Source: an uncultured Bacilli bacterium
GTDB lineage: Bacteria; Bacillota_I; Bacilli_A; RFN20; CAG-826
NCBI GenBank assembly: GCA_944327845.1
Contig: CALVHN010000003.1
Span: 69,411 to 133,410 of the forward strand
Reading direction: 5' to 3'
Length of the DNA stretch: 64,000 nt
A program made the translations under genes and the position numbers. Shown one piece after another: positions 40,493 to 49,779 of this stretch. The notes under the pieces are model-generated. The model did not search any database, had not been told where the DNA came from, and was given only the letters and a program-made list of their open reading frames with translations. Numbering within the stretch: position 1 is the first letter of the stretch; every line of letters begins with the position of its first letter.

Positions 40493-41220
40493 TGAAATAT
40501 AAAATAATTTTTTCTTACGATGGGACAGCATATTATGGTTATGCTAAGCAAAGCGGCTATTTAACTGTCCAAGAAACAATCGAAAAATTTTTATCAAAAA
40601 TTTTAAACCAAGAAATATCAATATATTCTAGTGGACGAACAGATAAAAATGTTCATGCACTTAATCAAGTGGCAGATTTTAAAACAAATTCAGAAATTAA
40701 AGATCTTTCATTATTACAATACTCTTTAAATAGATTATTACCTGATGATATTTATATTAAATCAATTAAACTTGTTGATGATAATTTTTCTTCAAGGTTA
40801 TCAGCAAAAAAGAAAGTTTATCAATATATTATTAATATAGGTGAATACGATCCTTTTAAAAAAAATTTTGAAATTAATCTTACTAATTTAGATCTTAAAA
40901 AAATGGAAAAAGCTTCAAAATTATTTATTGGAACTCATAATTTTATGAATTTTACTTCTAAAGAAGAAGATGGTGATAATTTTATTAGAACGATATATTC
41001 AATTGATTTCATTTATAAAGATAATAGATTAATTATTGAAACTACTGGAAATGGATTTATGCGATATCAAGTAAGAAAAATTGTTGGGACTTTAATTGAA
41101 ATTGGAAAGAATAAAATAAGTGAACAGTTTATTATTGATAATTTAAACGCAAAAGAAAGGAACATTATCCCTTTTACCGCATTACCTAAAGGATTATTTT
41201 TAAAGGAAGTTATATATTAA
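40492..41220 (+). CDS. truA: tRNA pseudouridine(38-40) synthase
   Basis: YDGTAYYGYAKQ and SSGRTDKNVHA catalytic Asp motif. ATG overlaps the ecfT stop. Confidence 0.85.
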   Translation: MKYKIIFSYDGTAYYGYAKQSGYLTVQETIEKFLSKILNQEISIYSSGRTDKNVHALNQVADFKTNSEIKDLSLLQYSLNRLLPDDIYIKSIKLVDDNFSSRLSAKKKVYQYIINIGEYDPFKKNFEINLTNLDLKKMEKASKLFIGTHNFMNFTSKEEDGDNFIRTIYSIDFIYKDNRLIIETTGNGFMRYQVRKIVGTLIEIGKNKISEQFIIDNLNAKERNIIPFTALPKGLFLKEVIY

Positions 41221-41307
41221 CCTTTAATTTTAAAAACTTTTGATGTGAATATTTAATTATGAAAATTAATAAAGTAAAATTAAAAATATAAATAAGAGGA
41301 ATTTTTT

Positions 41308-42723
41308 ATGCCAAATTTTGATACTAGAGTACAAGAATTACGCTACACAGTCCTAAAAGAAGTAGCAAAACATGCTTATAAAGGCGATTTATATGAATCA
41401 CTTTATGATATTCCTAAATCGATTATGCCTGGAAATAAACCAACAATGAGATGCTGTGTTTATAAAGAAAGAGCAATTATTGAAGAAAGAATTAAGATAA
41501 TTGTCAAAGCTAAAAGTAAATCAAGCGGAAATGTTATTAAAGTTATTCCAATTGCATGTGATGAATGTCCACAAGGAGGATTTGTAGTTAGCGATGCTTG
41601 TAGAGGTTGTATTGCACATCGTTGTATTGAAGCTTGTCCTAAAAAATGTATAACTTTTGATAATAATTTACGAGCTCATATTGATAAAACAAAATGTGTT
41701 AATTGTGGAATGTGTGCAAAGAGTTGCCCATATAGTGCAATTGAAAATAGAATTAGACCTTGCGTTAAAGCTTGTAAAAATAAGGCAATTAGTGAAAATC
41801 CTGAAACAGGTTCTGCTTTAATTAATGATGATAAATGTATCCATTGCGGAGCTTGCGTTTATATGTGTCCTTTTGGTGCAATTGTTGATGATTCTTATAT
41901 TTTAGAAATCATTAATTGGTTTAAAAATAAAGAAGAACTTTATGCAGTTGTTGCCCCATCTATTGCTGGTAATTTTACTAATTATAAATTAGGACAAATA
42001 ATAAAAGCTTTAAAAATGTTAGGGTTTAGAGGGGTTTATGAAGCAGCATTAGGTGCTGATATGGTTGCTCTTCATGAATCAAAAGAGCTCGCAGAAAAAG
42101 GTGAATTAACAAGTTCTTGTTGCCCTGCATTTAGATATTATATCGAAAAGAATTATCCTACATTAATTAATAAAATATCTTCCTCTTTATCTCCTATGGC
42201 AACAATTTCTAAGGTAATCAAAGAAAATCATCCAAATTCAAAGGTTATTTTTATTGGACCATGTACTGCTAAAAAAGAAGAAATTAAAGAAGAAAGCGTT
42301 ACAAAATATGTTGATTCAGTCATTACATTTGAAGAATTACAAGCATTATTTGATGCTAATGAATTTAAAATCAATGAACTTGAAGAAGATTCATTTGAAT
42401 CTTGTGCATCATCCTTTGGTAGAGGCTTTGCTAAATGTGGTGGTTTAACAATGGCAGTTAATGAAGCTTTAGAAGAACAAAATGTTGATTTTGTCGCAAA
42501 AGGAATTGTTTCAGATGGCGTTGATAACATCAAAAAATCTTTAAATTTATTAAAAAATGGTAAAGCTGAATTTAATTTTATTGAAGGAATGATGTGTGAT
42601 GGAGGTTGCATTGGTGGACCATGTAACTTAAATCATCAAATGAGAAATAAAATTTTAGTTGATAAATATTCAAACGAAGCAACAAAAGAAATTAAAAAAG
42701 CTACTGAGGAGGCAAAAGTTTAA
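41308..42723 (+). CDS. [FeFe]-hydrogenase catalytic subunit, monomeric, with N-terminal ferredoxin-like FeS domains
   Basis: All three H-cluster motifs are present: TSSCCPAF (L1), GPCTAKKEE (L2), EGMMCDGGCIGGP (L3). Also two CxxCxxCxxxCP clusters. Confidence 0.8.
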   Translation: MPNFDTRVQELRYTVLKEVAKHAYKGDLYESLYDIPKSIMPGNKPTMRCCVYKERAIIEERIKIIVKAKSKSSGNVIKVIPIACDECPQGGFVVSDACRGCIAHRCIEACPKKCITFDNNLRAHIDKTKCVNCGMCAKSCPYSAIENRIRPCVKACKNKAISENPETGSALINDDKCIHCGACVYMCPFGAIVDDSYILEIINWFKNKEELYAVVAPSIAGNFTNYKLGQIIKALKMLGFRGVYEAALGADMVALHESKELAEKGELTSSCCPAFRYYIEKNYPTLINKISSSLSPMATISKVIKENHPNSKVIFIGPCTAKKEEIKEESVTKYVDSVITFEELQALFDANEFKINELEEDSFESCASSFGRGFAKCGGLTMAVNEALEEQNVDFVAKGIVSDGVDNIKKSLNLLKNGKAEFNFIEGMMCDGGCIGGPCNLNHQMRNKILVDKYSNEATKEIKKATEEAKV

Positions 42724-43613
42724 TGAAGGAATTTAGGGACTTAATATCCGATAATTTAAATGAAGCCAATATATTATTATGTGGTGTTCCTTTTGATGAG
42801 AATGCAAGTGTTGGAAAAGGAGCAAAGCTTGCTCCACAAGTTTTAAGAGAATTATCTTATGATTTACCAGCTTTTACAAAAGAAGGGTTTAGCTTAGAAA
42901 AAACAAAAATATATGATTTTGGCGACTTTTTTGTAAAAAAAGAGAACTTTTTTGAGTTGGAAAATCATTTTGATAAATTCTTTAATGCAAAAGAAGAAGC
43001 TTTTTCTTTAATTTTAGGTGGAGATCATTCAATAAGTATTTTTAGTGAACGTTCTTTTTATAAAAGAGCAATAAAACATAATAAAATCCCTGTTATTATT
43101 CATCTTGATGCACATCCTGATATATGTGATGTTTATGATGGAAGTAAATATTCTCACGCTTGCACAAATTTCCGCTCTTTAGAATATGGATATAAGGACG
43201 AAAATATGGTTTTAGCTTGTATTAGAGGATTTGAAAAACAAGAGGTCGAATTCTTAAAAAACCATACGAAAATCGATGTATTTAAAGCTAAAGACATTCA
43301 ACTTTTAGGTGCAAAAAACTTTGTTAATTTAATGAAAAATAAGTTTTTAGATGAAAAGTATGAGATATATTTAAGTTATGATATCGATGCAAATGATCCA
43401 GCTTATGCTCCTGGAACTGGAACTCCTGAAGCTTTTGGTTTAACAAGCTTAACAATTTTAGAAATAGTGACTGGATTAATTAAAGAATTAAATGTTAAAG
43501 CTTTAGATATTGTTGAAGTTGCTCCACCTTTAGATGTAAATAACATTACTTCATGGCTTGCTTTAAAAACAATTTATGAAGTTTTCTATACTTTGCAAAA
43601 TAAAAACATTTAA
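42723..43613 (+). CDS. Arginase/agmatinase/formiminoglutamase-family ureohydrolase
   Basis: Mn-ligand motifs GGDHSIS, DAHPD and SYDIDANDP. Confidence 0.75.
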   Translation: MKEFRDLISDNLNEANILLCGVPFDENASVGKGAKLAPQVLRELSYDLPAFTKEGFSLEKTKIYDFGDFFVKKENFFELENHFDKFFNAKEEAFSLILGGDHSISIFSERSFYKRAIKHNKIPVIIHLDAHPDICDVYDGSKYSHACTNFRSLEYGYKDENMVLACIRGFEKQEVEFLKNHTKIDVFKAKDIQLLGAKNFVNLMKNKFLDEKYEIYLSYDIDANDPAYAPGTGTPEAFGLTSLTILEIVTGLIKELNVKALDIVEVAPPLDVNNITSWLALKTIYEVFYTLQNKNI

Positions 43614-43615
43614 TT

Positions 43616-44278
43616 ATGTATTCAAATTGGTCTAAGTTATTTCTTGAATTAGATAAGCAAGATTTTTATAAAAAACTAATCAATTTTATTAATAACGAAT
43701 ACGAAAATAAAACAATTTATCCAGAAAAACATAATGTTTTTAATGCCTTTAAGTTAACTAAACCAAAAGATATAAAAGTGGTAATTATTGGACAAGATCC
43801 TTATCCAAACCCAAATCAAGCAATAGGTTTAGCTTTTGCTGTTAATAAAGATATTAAATTACCTCCAAGTTTAATAAATATTTATCGAGAAATAGAAAAT
43901 GAATTTGGTAAAAAATTTGTTAATAAAGATGGAGATTTAACTTATCTTGCTAAGCAGGGAGTTTTATTATTAAATTCGATATTAACTGTAGAACAAGGAA
44001 AACCTCTTTCTCATGATATTCCTGAATACCGTATTTTTTTTAAATATGTGATGGAATTTATTGATAGTTTAAATCAACCAATAGTGTTCATGTTATGGGG
44101 AAATAGTGCAAAACAATATGAAAAATATATTAAAAATCCAAATCATTATGTTTTAAAAACGAATCATCCTTCTCCATTAAGTGCAAATCGTGGTGGTTGG
44201 TTTGGAACTAATGTATTTATTAACTGCAATAAAATATTAAAAGAAAATAATATTAAGGAAATCAACTGGTTAAAATAA
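43616..44278 (+). CDS. ung: Uracil-DNA glycosylase (family 1)
   Basis: GQDPYP water-activating loop and HPSPLSA motif. Confidence 0.9.
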   Translation: MYSNWSKLFLELDKQDFYKKLINFINNEYENKTIYPEKHNVFNAFKLTKPKDIKVVIIGQDPYPNPNQAIGLAFAVNKDIKLPPSLINIYREIENEFGKKFVNKDGDLTYLAKQGVLLLNSILTVEQGKPLSHDIPEYRIFFKYVMEFIDSLNQPIVFMLWGNSAKQYEKYIKNPNHYVLKTNHPSPLSANRGGWFGTNVFINCNKILKENNIKEINWLK

Positions 44279-44355
44279 AAAATATAATAGTTTTATTTTT
44301 TTTAAAACATAGGCTTTTCTCACTTTTTAAAAATGTAAGCGCTAACATTTTACGC

Positions 44356-44385
44356 TTGAAAATAATAGAGGGGGGGGTATATAAT
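44356..44385 (+). promoter_or_regulatory. Putative promoter TTGAAA-18-TATAAT with a G8 homopolymer in the spacer (candidate phase-variable promoter)
   Basis: TTGAAA at 44356-44361, GGGGGGGG at 44370-44377, TATAAT at 44380-44385. Lies upstream of the lipoprotein gene. Confidence 0.45.
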
Positions 44386-44485
44386 TTTCTTGACTTTAAA
44401 TTGTGCTCTAAAAATATTGAATTTCAAAAAATCATTAATTCAAGTTATTTGGAGTGCAATTTTATTTTCAAAAAAGGAGACAAAA

Positions 44486-46498
44486 ATGAAAAAAAGAAAA
44501 TTTGGAAAATTTATTGCAATAGCTTGTTTAGGCTTAGCTTTTACAACAGTAAGTTTAACAGGCTTAGTTTCTTGTGATAATGAACCTCAAACAGAAGAAT
44601 CAGGTGGAGAAACCGCAACTCTTTCGTCAATTAGAATTGATTCAAGCGCATGCAAAACTACATTTGAATATGGCGAAGAATTTACTTATGATGGGTTAAA
44701 AGTATTTGCAGTTATGAGCGATAAAACTGAAAAACAAGTTAATTTGTCAGATTGTCGTATTAACGAACCAAATATGACAACACCAGGTAAAAAGAATGTT
44801 GTTGTAGTTTATCAAGGAAAGACTGCACGTTATGAAGTAACCATTAAAGAAAGGGTTATGGCTGAAATTGATACAAATTCAATTGTATCTTTAACAACAA
44901 ATGAAGATAAGGCTTTCCGTGTTGAAGCAGAGGCTATTAATCTTGCTCCATCAAAAATTACTTTACCTGATGGTGAAACTGAAACTAGTGTTACTGTTCC
45001 TGAAACAGATGAAGTTACAAGCGGAGGAAAATATTTATCTAACTATGGTGTAGTTGGTAATAATTTTGGTTTTACTTTTACTTCCGATGCTGAATATACT
45101 GATGTAACAATTGCTATAAATATGGCATGGGGTGGTTTTAATTCATTAGATTTAGGTTCAAATTTAGATATTTATTTAAATTATGAAAATCATGAAAACA
45201 CTAATTCAATTGGATTAGAAGGAAGAACAATTTTAGCTGGAAGTAGAGTTGAAATTGATGAAGAAACCGAAGAAGAGGTTGAAATCATTAATGAAACTCA
45301 ATGGAAAGAAGTTGTTTTTAGAGATATTACTATTAAAAAAGGAACAAATACTCTTAGATTTGATGTTTTAGGAGAAGAAGTTCCAAATATTGATTATATT
45401 GATTTTTATGTTGGTAGAATGTATAAATCAACAGTAGTTGAAATCGAAGAAGTCGGACAAAAGATTGTTGATTTAGAGGATTTTGATACAGAAAAGGCAA
45501 CTACAAGAAAAGATTTTGCTGATGCTCATGGGGTAAAACCAGGTGAAGTTTTCTTAGAATCAACTTCAAACCCAGAAGAAACATCGAAAGGTACTTCAAT
45601 CGCTGCTATTGTTGCTCCATCTGAATTCTCAACAACCATTTCTAATGCAGAAAATATTACTCTTAATCTTAAATTTAGACTTGCATCAGTCGAGCATCTT
45701 ATCGCTGATGATATGTATGAGTTCTATATTGACGGTGTTAGACTTGAACAAGTTGAAAGAGTAGATATTAAAAAAGGAAATCCAGCTGCTAGTGAATACT
45801 GGGAATGGTATGAAACTGATTTTGGAACATATAATATTCCAGCTGGCGACCATTTATTTAGCGTAAAATTAGTTGGTGGAAACGGTGGAAATATTGACTG
45901 TATGATATTTAATACACTTTCATATGGTTCTTATGATCCATCAGGAGTTGATTTATATAATCAACCTATTCAAAACGAAGAAATTACACCACAAGATCCA
46001 AAAGCTTTCACAATTGATAAAAAAGCTGATTATTTAATTCAAGCTGAAAATTTGGATTTAAGTCAATTAACTTTAAGAAGTGATCAAACAAGCTTAACAG
46101 AAAATTGGAATAACGATTTTGGAAGCGGAGCTTGTGTTAAAGGATTTGCTGTAGGTGGTGTTTTAACTTATAAATTTACTTTATCAGATAAAGCAACTGT
46201 TAATCTTGGAATGAGAATGTCTCACTATGATAGTGAAGATTATGATTTTGTTAAAAATACTGAAATCACTTTAAACGAAACTTCTTTAACTGCAACTGCC
46301 AAAGATAAATTTGGTCATCGTGAAGGCCAAGATTATTGGAAATGGGTTGAAGTAGATTTAGGAACTCATGATTTAGAAGCAGGAGAATATATATTTACTA
46401 TTAAATGGAAAGAAGATACCGATTATGGAAATGCTTCTTCTGTAAATATTGATCGCTTTACAGCTAAAGTTAGTGCTTATGGCGAATTCTCTAAATAA
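44486..46498 (+). CDS. Surface lipoprotein with an N-terminal Ig-like (Big-type) domain and three CBM-like repeats
   Basis: Signal peptide MKKRKFGKFIAIACLGLAFTTVSLTGLVSC with an LVSC lipobox. AAGGAGA RBS 7 nt upstream. Three repeats end in NIDY/NIDC/NIDR motifs. Confidence 0.65.
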   Translation: MKKRKFGKFIAIACLGLAFTTVSLTGLVSCDNEPQTEESGGETATLSSIRIDSSACKTTFEYGEEFTYDGLKVFAVMSDKTEKQVNLSDCRINEPNMTTPGKKNVVVVYQGKTARYEVTIKERVMAEIDTNSIVSLTTNEDKAFRVEAEAINLAPSKITLPDGETETSVTVPETDEVTSGGKYLSNYGVVGNNFGFTFTSDAEYTDVTIAINMAWGGFNSLDLGSNLDIYLNYENHENTNSIGLEGRTILAGSRVEIDEETEEEVEIINETQWKEVVFRDITIKKGTNTLRFDVLGEEVPNIDYIDFYVGRMYKSTVVEIEEVGQKIVDLEDFDTEKATTRKDFADAHGVKPGEVFLESTSNPEETSKGTSIAAIVAPSEFSTTISNAENITLNLKFRLASVEHLIADDMYEFYIDGVRLEQVERVDIKKGNPAASEYWEWYETDFGTYNIPAGDHLFSVKLVGGNGGNIDCMIFNTLSYGSYDPSGVDLYNQPIQNEEITPQDPKAFTIDKKADYLIQAENLDLSQLTLRSDQTSLTENWNNDFGSGACVKGFAVGGVLTYKFTLSDKATVNLGMRMSHYDSEDYDFVKNTEITLNETSLTATAKDKFGHREGQDYWKWVEVDLGTHDLEAGEYIFTIKWKEDTDYGNASSVNIDRFTAKVSAYGEFSK

Positions 46499-46524
46499 TT
46501 TGTTGATATTATGAGGGTTTTATA

Positions 46525-49500
46525 ATGAAATTTAATAGAAAATTGATTCACCCAATTGTTGCTGGAGCAGTGACATTAGGTGTGTTTGGTGGTCTTATAT
46601 TTGGCAATGTTTTGTGCTATCAAAACCAAAACGTAATTACTGCATACCTTTGTGGTCAAGGGTTTAAAGATGATACTGAAGAATCTAAAGCTGCAAGAGA
46701 ACAAGGTATGGCTTTAGCAGAAGATGTTGTTGAACAAGGTGCTGTTTTACTAAAAAACAATAATAATGTTCTTCCATTAACTGGAGAAAAACCAAAAGTT
46801 AATGTTTTTGGATGGGCAGGGAGCGATAATGGTTTCCTTGTTCAAGGTACAGGTAGTGGAACCGGATCAAGAAATGATTTAGTTACATTCTATGGTGGCT
46901 TAAGAGAAGCAGGTTTTCAAATTAATGAAGAATTAGCTTCTGCTTATAATGAATTATCTTTTAGAAGAGTTAATGGTGGTTCATATGTTATTGAAGCTTA
47001 TTCAGAAGAACTTTATGATAATTTTTATGGAGTTACAGAAGCTGATGATAGTTTTTTAAATGACGAAAGAATTAATCAAGCAAAAGGATTTTCTGATACT
47101 GCAATTATTGTTATTGGAAGATTACTTGGCGAAGGTAACGATTATTCTAAAAAACAATATATTTCTACAGGTGAAGATGATGAAACAAGAAAACTTCAAT
47201 CAATTTCTGCTCGCGAAGAACAAATGATTGCAAAAGTTTGTGCTAACTTTGATAAAGTAATTTTAGTTACTAATACAACTAATCCAATGGAAGGCAGTTT
47301 CATAGAAAACGATAAAATCGATGCTGTTATTCATATGGGTACTCCAGGAACTCGTGGAACAATTGGCTTAGCTAATATTATCAAAGGTAAAGTTTCTCCT
47401 TCTGGACATTTAGCTGATACTTGGGCTTATGATTTATCAACGGCAGCTTCTTATGCAACTTCAGGTAGAGAAGGTGTTGGAAGTTATTTAGATATTTCTC
47501 CTGATACGAGTTTAGGAACTAGAGCTAATAAATATTCTGAATATCTTGAAGATATTTATGTAGGATATCAATGGTATGAAACTGCAGATGCTGAAGGTTT
47601 CTGGGATTCAGATTTTGCAAAAGAAACTTGGGGCATAGAAAACGGGTATGAAGATGTTGTTCAATTTCCATTTGGTTATGGTTTATCTTATACAACATTT
47701 GATTGGACTGTTGATTTAGAAAAAACAGAACTTGCAAATAATCAAGTTTTAGCAAAAGATGGAACTATTAAAATAGTAGTTAATGTTACTAATACTGGTA
47801 CTGTTCCAGGAAGAGATGTAGTTCAACTTTATTATTCTGCACCTTATACAAAAGGTGGAATTGAAAAATCAGCAATAAGATTAGGTGCTTTTGCAAAAAC
47901 TGGTGAAATTCAACCTGGTGAATATGGTGTTGTTGAACTTGAAATGAAAGTTGAAGATATGAGATCGTACGATTGTTATGATAAAAATAACAACGGTTTC
48001 ATGGGATATGAACTTGAAGGAGGAGATTATACTCTATCTTTAAGAACAGATGCTCATACTATTAAAGATATGGGAATGAATTCAACTTATACTGTAAAAG
48101 TTCCTAATGAAGGATTTAAGTATGAAGTTGATTCTACAACAAATTATAAAATTGAAAATCAATTTACAAATTACAAAAATACTACAAGTGGTGCATCAAG
48201 CACAATTGATGATTCTTTAACTTTTAAAGCTCACTCAATTGATGGAAGCGAAAATGCAGGCGATAAACCTGTTTATCTTACAAGATCTGATTTTGCTTCA
48301 ACATTCCCTCTTGAAAAACCAAAAAATAAAAATGCAGAAAGCTTAATTGCTGATATGCATAACTCAAGAGTAACTTATCCAAGTGATGATTCAATAACTA
48401 AAGCCCCTATTTTTAATTCAGATGAAACTAATTGGGTAATTCAAGATTTATATGGTGTTGATTATAATGATCCAATGTGGGATGAAATTGTTTCACAATT
48501 ATCTATTGAAACTTGTGCAACACTTGTTGCTAGAGGTGGATTTGGAACAATTGAAATTCCTGAAATTGAAAAGGATAGAACATCCGAAACTGATGGTCCT
48601 AGTGGATTTAACAATAATGTTATCGGAAATAATGGATTAAGAGCTGTTTGTTATCCATCATCTACTATATTAGCTCAAACTTTTGATTGGTGGATGGCTT
48701 ATCAAGTTGGACAATCAATTGGTATTGAAGGGCAAGCTTTAGGTATTACCGGATGGTATGGGCCTGGTGCTAATTTACACCGTTCACCAATGGGAGGAAG
48801 AAACTTTGAATATTATTCAGAAGATCCACGTTTAGCAGGGATTATGTGTGGATATCACGTTCTTGGTGCTAAAGAAAAAGGTGTTACTGCTTATATTAAA
48901 CACTTTGGACCTAATGAATTAGAATCTGGAAGAAATGGTGCTTATAAATGGTTAACTGAACAATCATTAAGAGAAAATTATTTATTACCATTTGAATTAG
49001 CGGTCAAAATAGGTAAATCAAATGCTATGATGTCTTCTGTTGACCGTGTTGGTGGAGAGAGAGTTTCTGGAAGCCATGCATTATTAACCGAAGTATTAAG
49101 AAATGAATGGGGATTCCATGGTTCTGTAATTACTGATTATTATCAAGCCGCAAATGTTTCTGGTACTGGTCATACAATTCATGACGTTGATGAATGTATA
49201 AGAGCAGGAAATGACTTATTATTACATCCAGACGGAAATACTTCTTGGTTTGATGATTTATCAAGCAAAGAAGGTTTACAAGCATTGCATGATAGTGCAA
49301 AAAATATCCTTTATAATTATGCAGATACAAGAAATTATGCTGAAACTGCACAAGGATTAGAAAAAGGTGAACTTTCTGGTACAACTACTGATGTCTTTGC
49401 TTGGTGGATACCATTATTAATTAGTTTAGATGTAGTTATTGTTCTTGGTATGTTAAGTTGGACTGGTCTTGCAACATATTTTGCTTTAAGAAAAAAGAAA

Positions 49501-49536
49501 GATGATGCTAATAAAGAAGATTCAGTTACAGAATAA
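46525..49536 (+). CDS. Glycoside hydrolase family 3 (beta-glucosidase/xylosidase-like) with permuted domain order and both N- and C-terminal TM anchors
   Basis: GH3 catalytic region late in the protein (RSPMGGRNFEYYSEDP; nucleophile region GFHGSVITDY; KHFGPNE). The alpha/beta-sandwich and FnIII-like region comes first. C-terminal TM helix plus KKKDD. Confidence 0.8.
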   Translation: MKFNRKLIHPIVAGAVTLGVFGGLIFGNVLCYQNQNVITAYLCGQGFKDDTEESKAAREQGMALAEDVVEQGAVLLKNNNNVLPLTGEKPKVNVFGWAGSDNGFLVQGTGSGTGSRNDLVTFYGGLREAGFQINEELASAYNELSFRRVNGGSYVIEAYSEELYDNFYGVTEADDSFLNDERINQAKGFSDTAIIVIGRLLGEGNDYSKKQYISTGEDDETRKLQSISAREEQMIAKVCANFDKVILVTNTTNPMEGSFIENDKIDAVIHMGTPGTRGTIGLANIIKGKVSPSGHLADTWAYDLSTAASYATSGREGVGSYLDISPDTSLGTRANKYSEYLEDIYVGYQWYETADAEGFWDSDFAKETWGIENGYEDVVQFPFGYGLSYTTFDWTVDLEKTELANNQVLAKDGTIKIVVNVTNTGTVPGRDVVQLYYSAPYTKGGIEKSAIRLGAFAKTGEIQPGEYGVVELEMKVEDMRSYDCYDKNNNGFMGYELEGGDYTLSLRTDAHTIKDMGMNSTYTVKVPNEGFKYEVDSTTNYKIENQFTNYKNTTSGASSTIDDSLTFKAHSIDGSENAGDKPVYLTRSDFASTFPLEKPKNKNAESLIADMHNSRVTYPSDDSITKAPIFNSDETNWVIQDLYGVDYNDPMWDEIVSQLSIETCATLVARGGFGTIEIPEIEKDRTSETDGPSGFNNNVIGNNGLRAVCYPSSTILAQTFDWWMAYQVGQSIGIEGQALGITGWYGPGANLHRSPMGGRNFEYYSEDPRLAGIMCGYHVLGAKEKGVTAYIKHFGPNELESGRNGAYKWLTEQSLRENYLLPFELAVKIGKSNAMMSSVDRVGGERVSGSHALLTEVLRNEWGFHGSVITDYYQAANVSGTGHTIHDVDECIRAGNDLLLHPDGNTSWFDDLSSKEGLQALHDSAKNILYNYADTRNYAETAQGLEKGELSGTTTDVFAWWIPLLISLDVVIVLGMLSWTGLATYFALRKKKDDANKEDSVTE

Positions 49537-49570
49537 TTAATCTCAATATGTTCCTAAATAATATGTTAAT

Positions 49571-49608
49571 GGAAAAATCTAGGCGTAAAAAACCTAGGTT
49601 TTTCTTTT
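49571..49608 (+). terminator. Putative rho-independent terminator after the GH3 gene
   Basis: AAAAATCTAGG...CCTAGGTTTTT imperfect hairpin followed by TCTTTTTT. Confidence 0.45.
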
Positions 49609-49656
49609 TTATATAAAAATCATTTGAATTTAAGAATTTTAAGAGATATATTTTTT

Positions 49657-49737
49657 ATGGGTGCTTTAGCAAAGGCTGAGATAAGTGTGTTGCTCACTTG
49701 ACCGTTTAACCTGATCTAGGTAATGCTAGCGTAGGAA
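49657..49737 (+). ncRNA. TPP (thiamine pyrophosphate) riboswitch, THI element
   Basis: TGGGTGC...GGCTGAGA...ACCGTTTAACCTGATCTAGGTAATGCTAGCGTAGGAA matches the conserved THI-box core. Located 5' of a thiT-like gene and tpk. Confidence 0.85.
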
Positions 49738-49779
49738 TTTTTTCTTTATAGTTTATCTATTTTAGGTAGGAGGAACTAT

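Noticed and set aside
44356-44577. ORFs 44356..44577 and the 5' extension of 44390..46498 upstream of the lipoprotein.
   Set aside because: The extension has no RBS and would bury the signal peptide. The ATG at 44486 has an AAGGAGA RBS and starts a canonical lipoprotein signal peptide with an LVSC lipobox. The upstream region is better explained as the promoter and G-tract.
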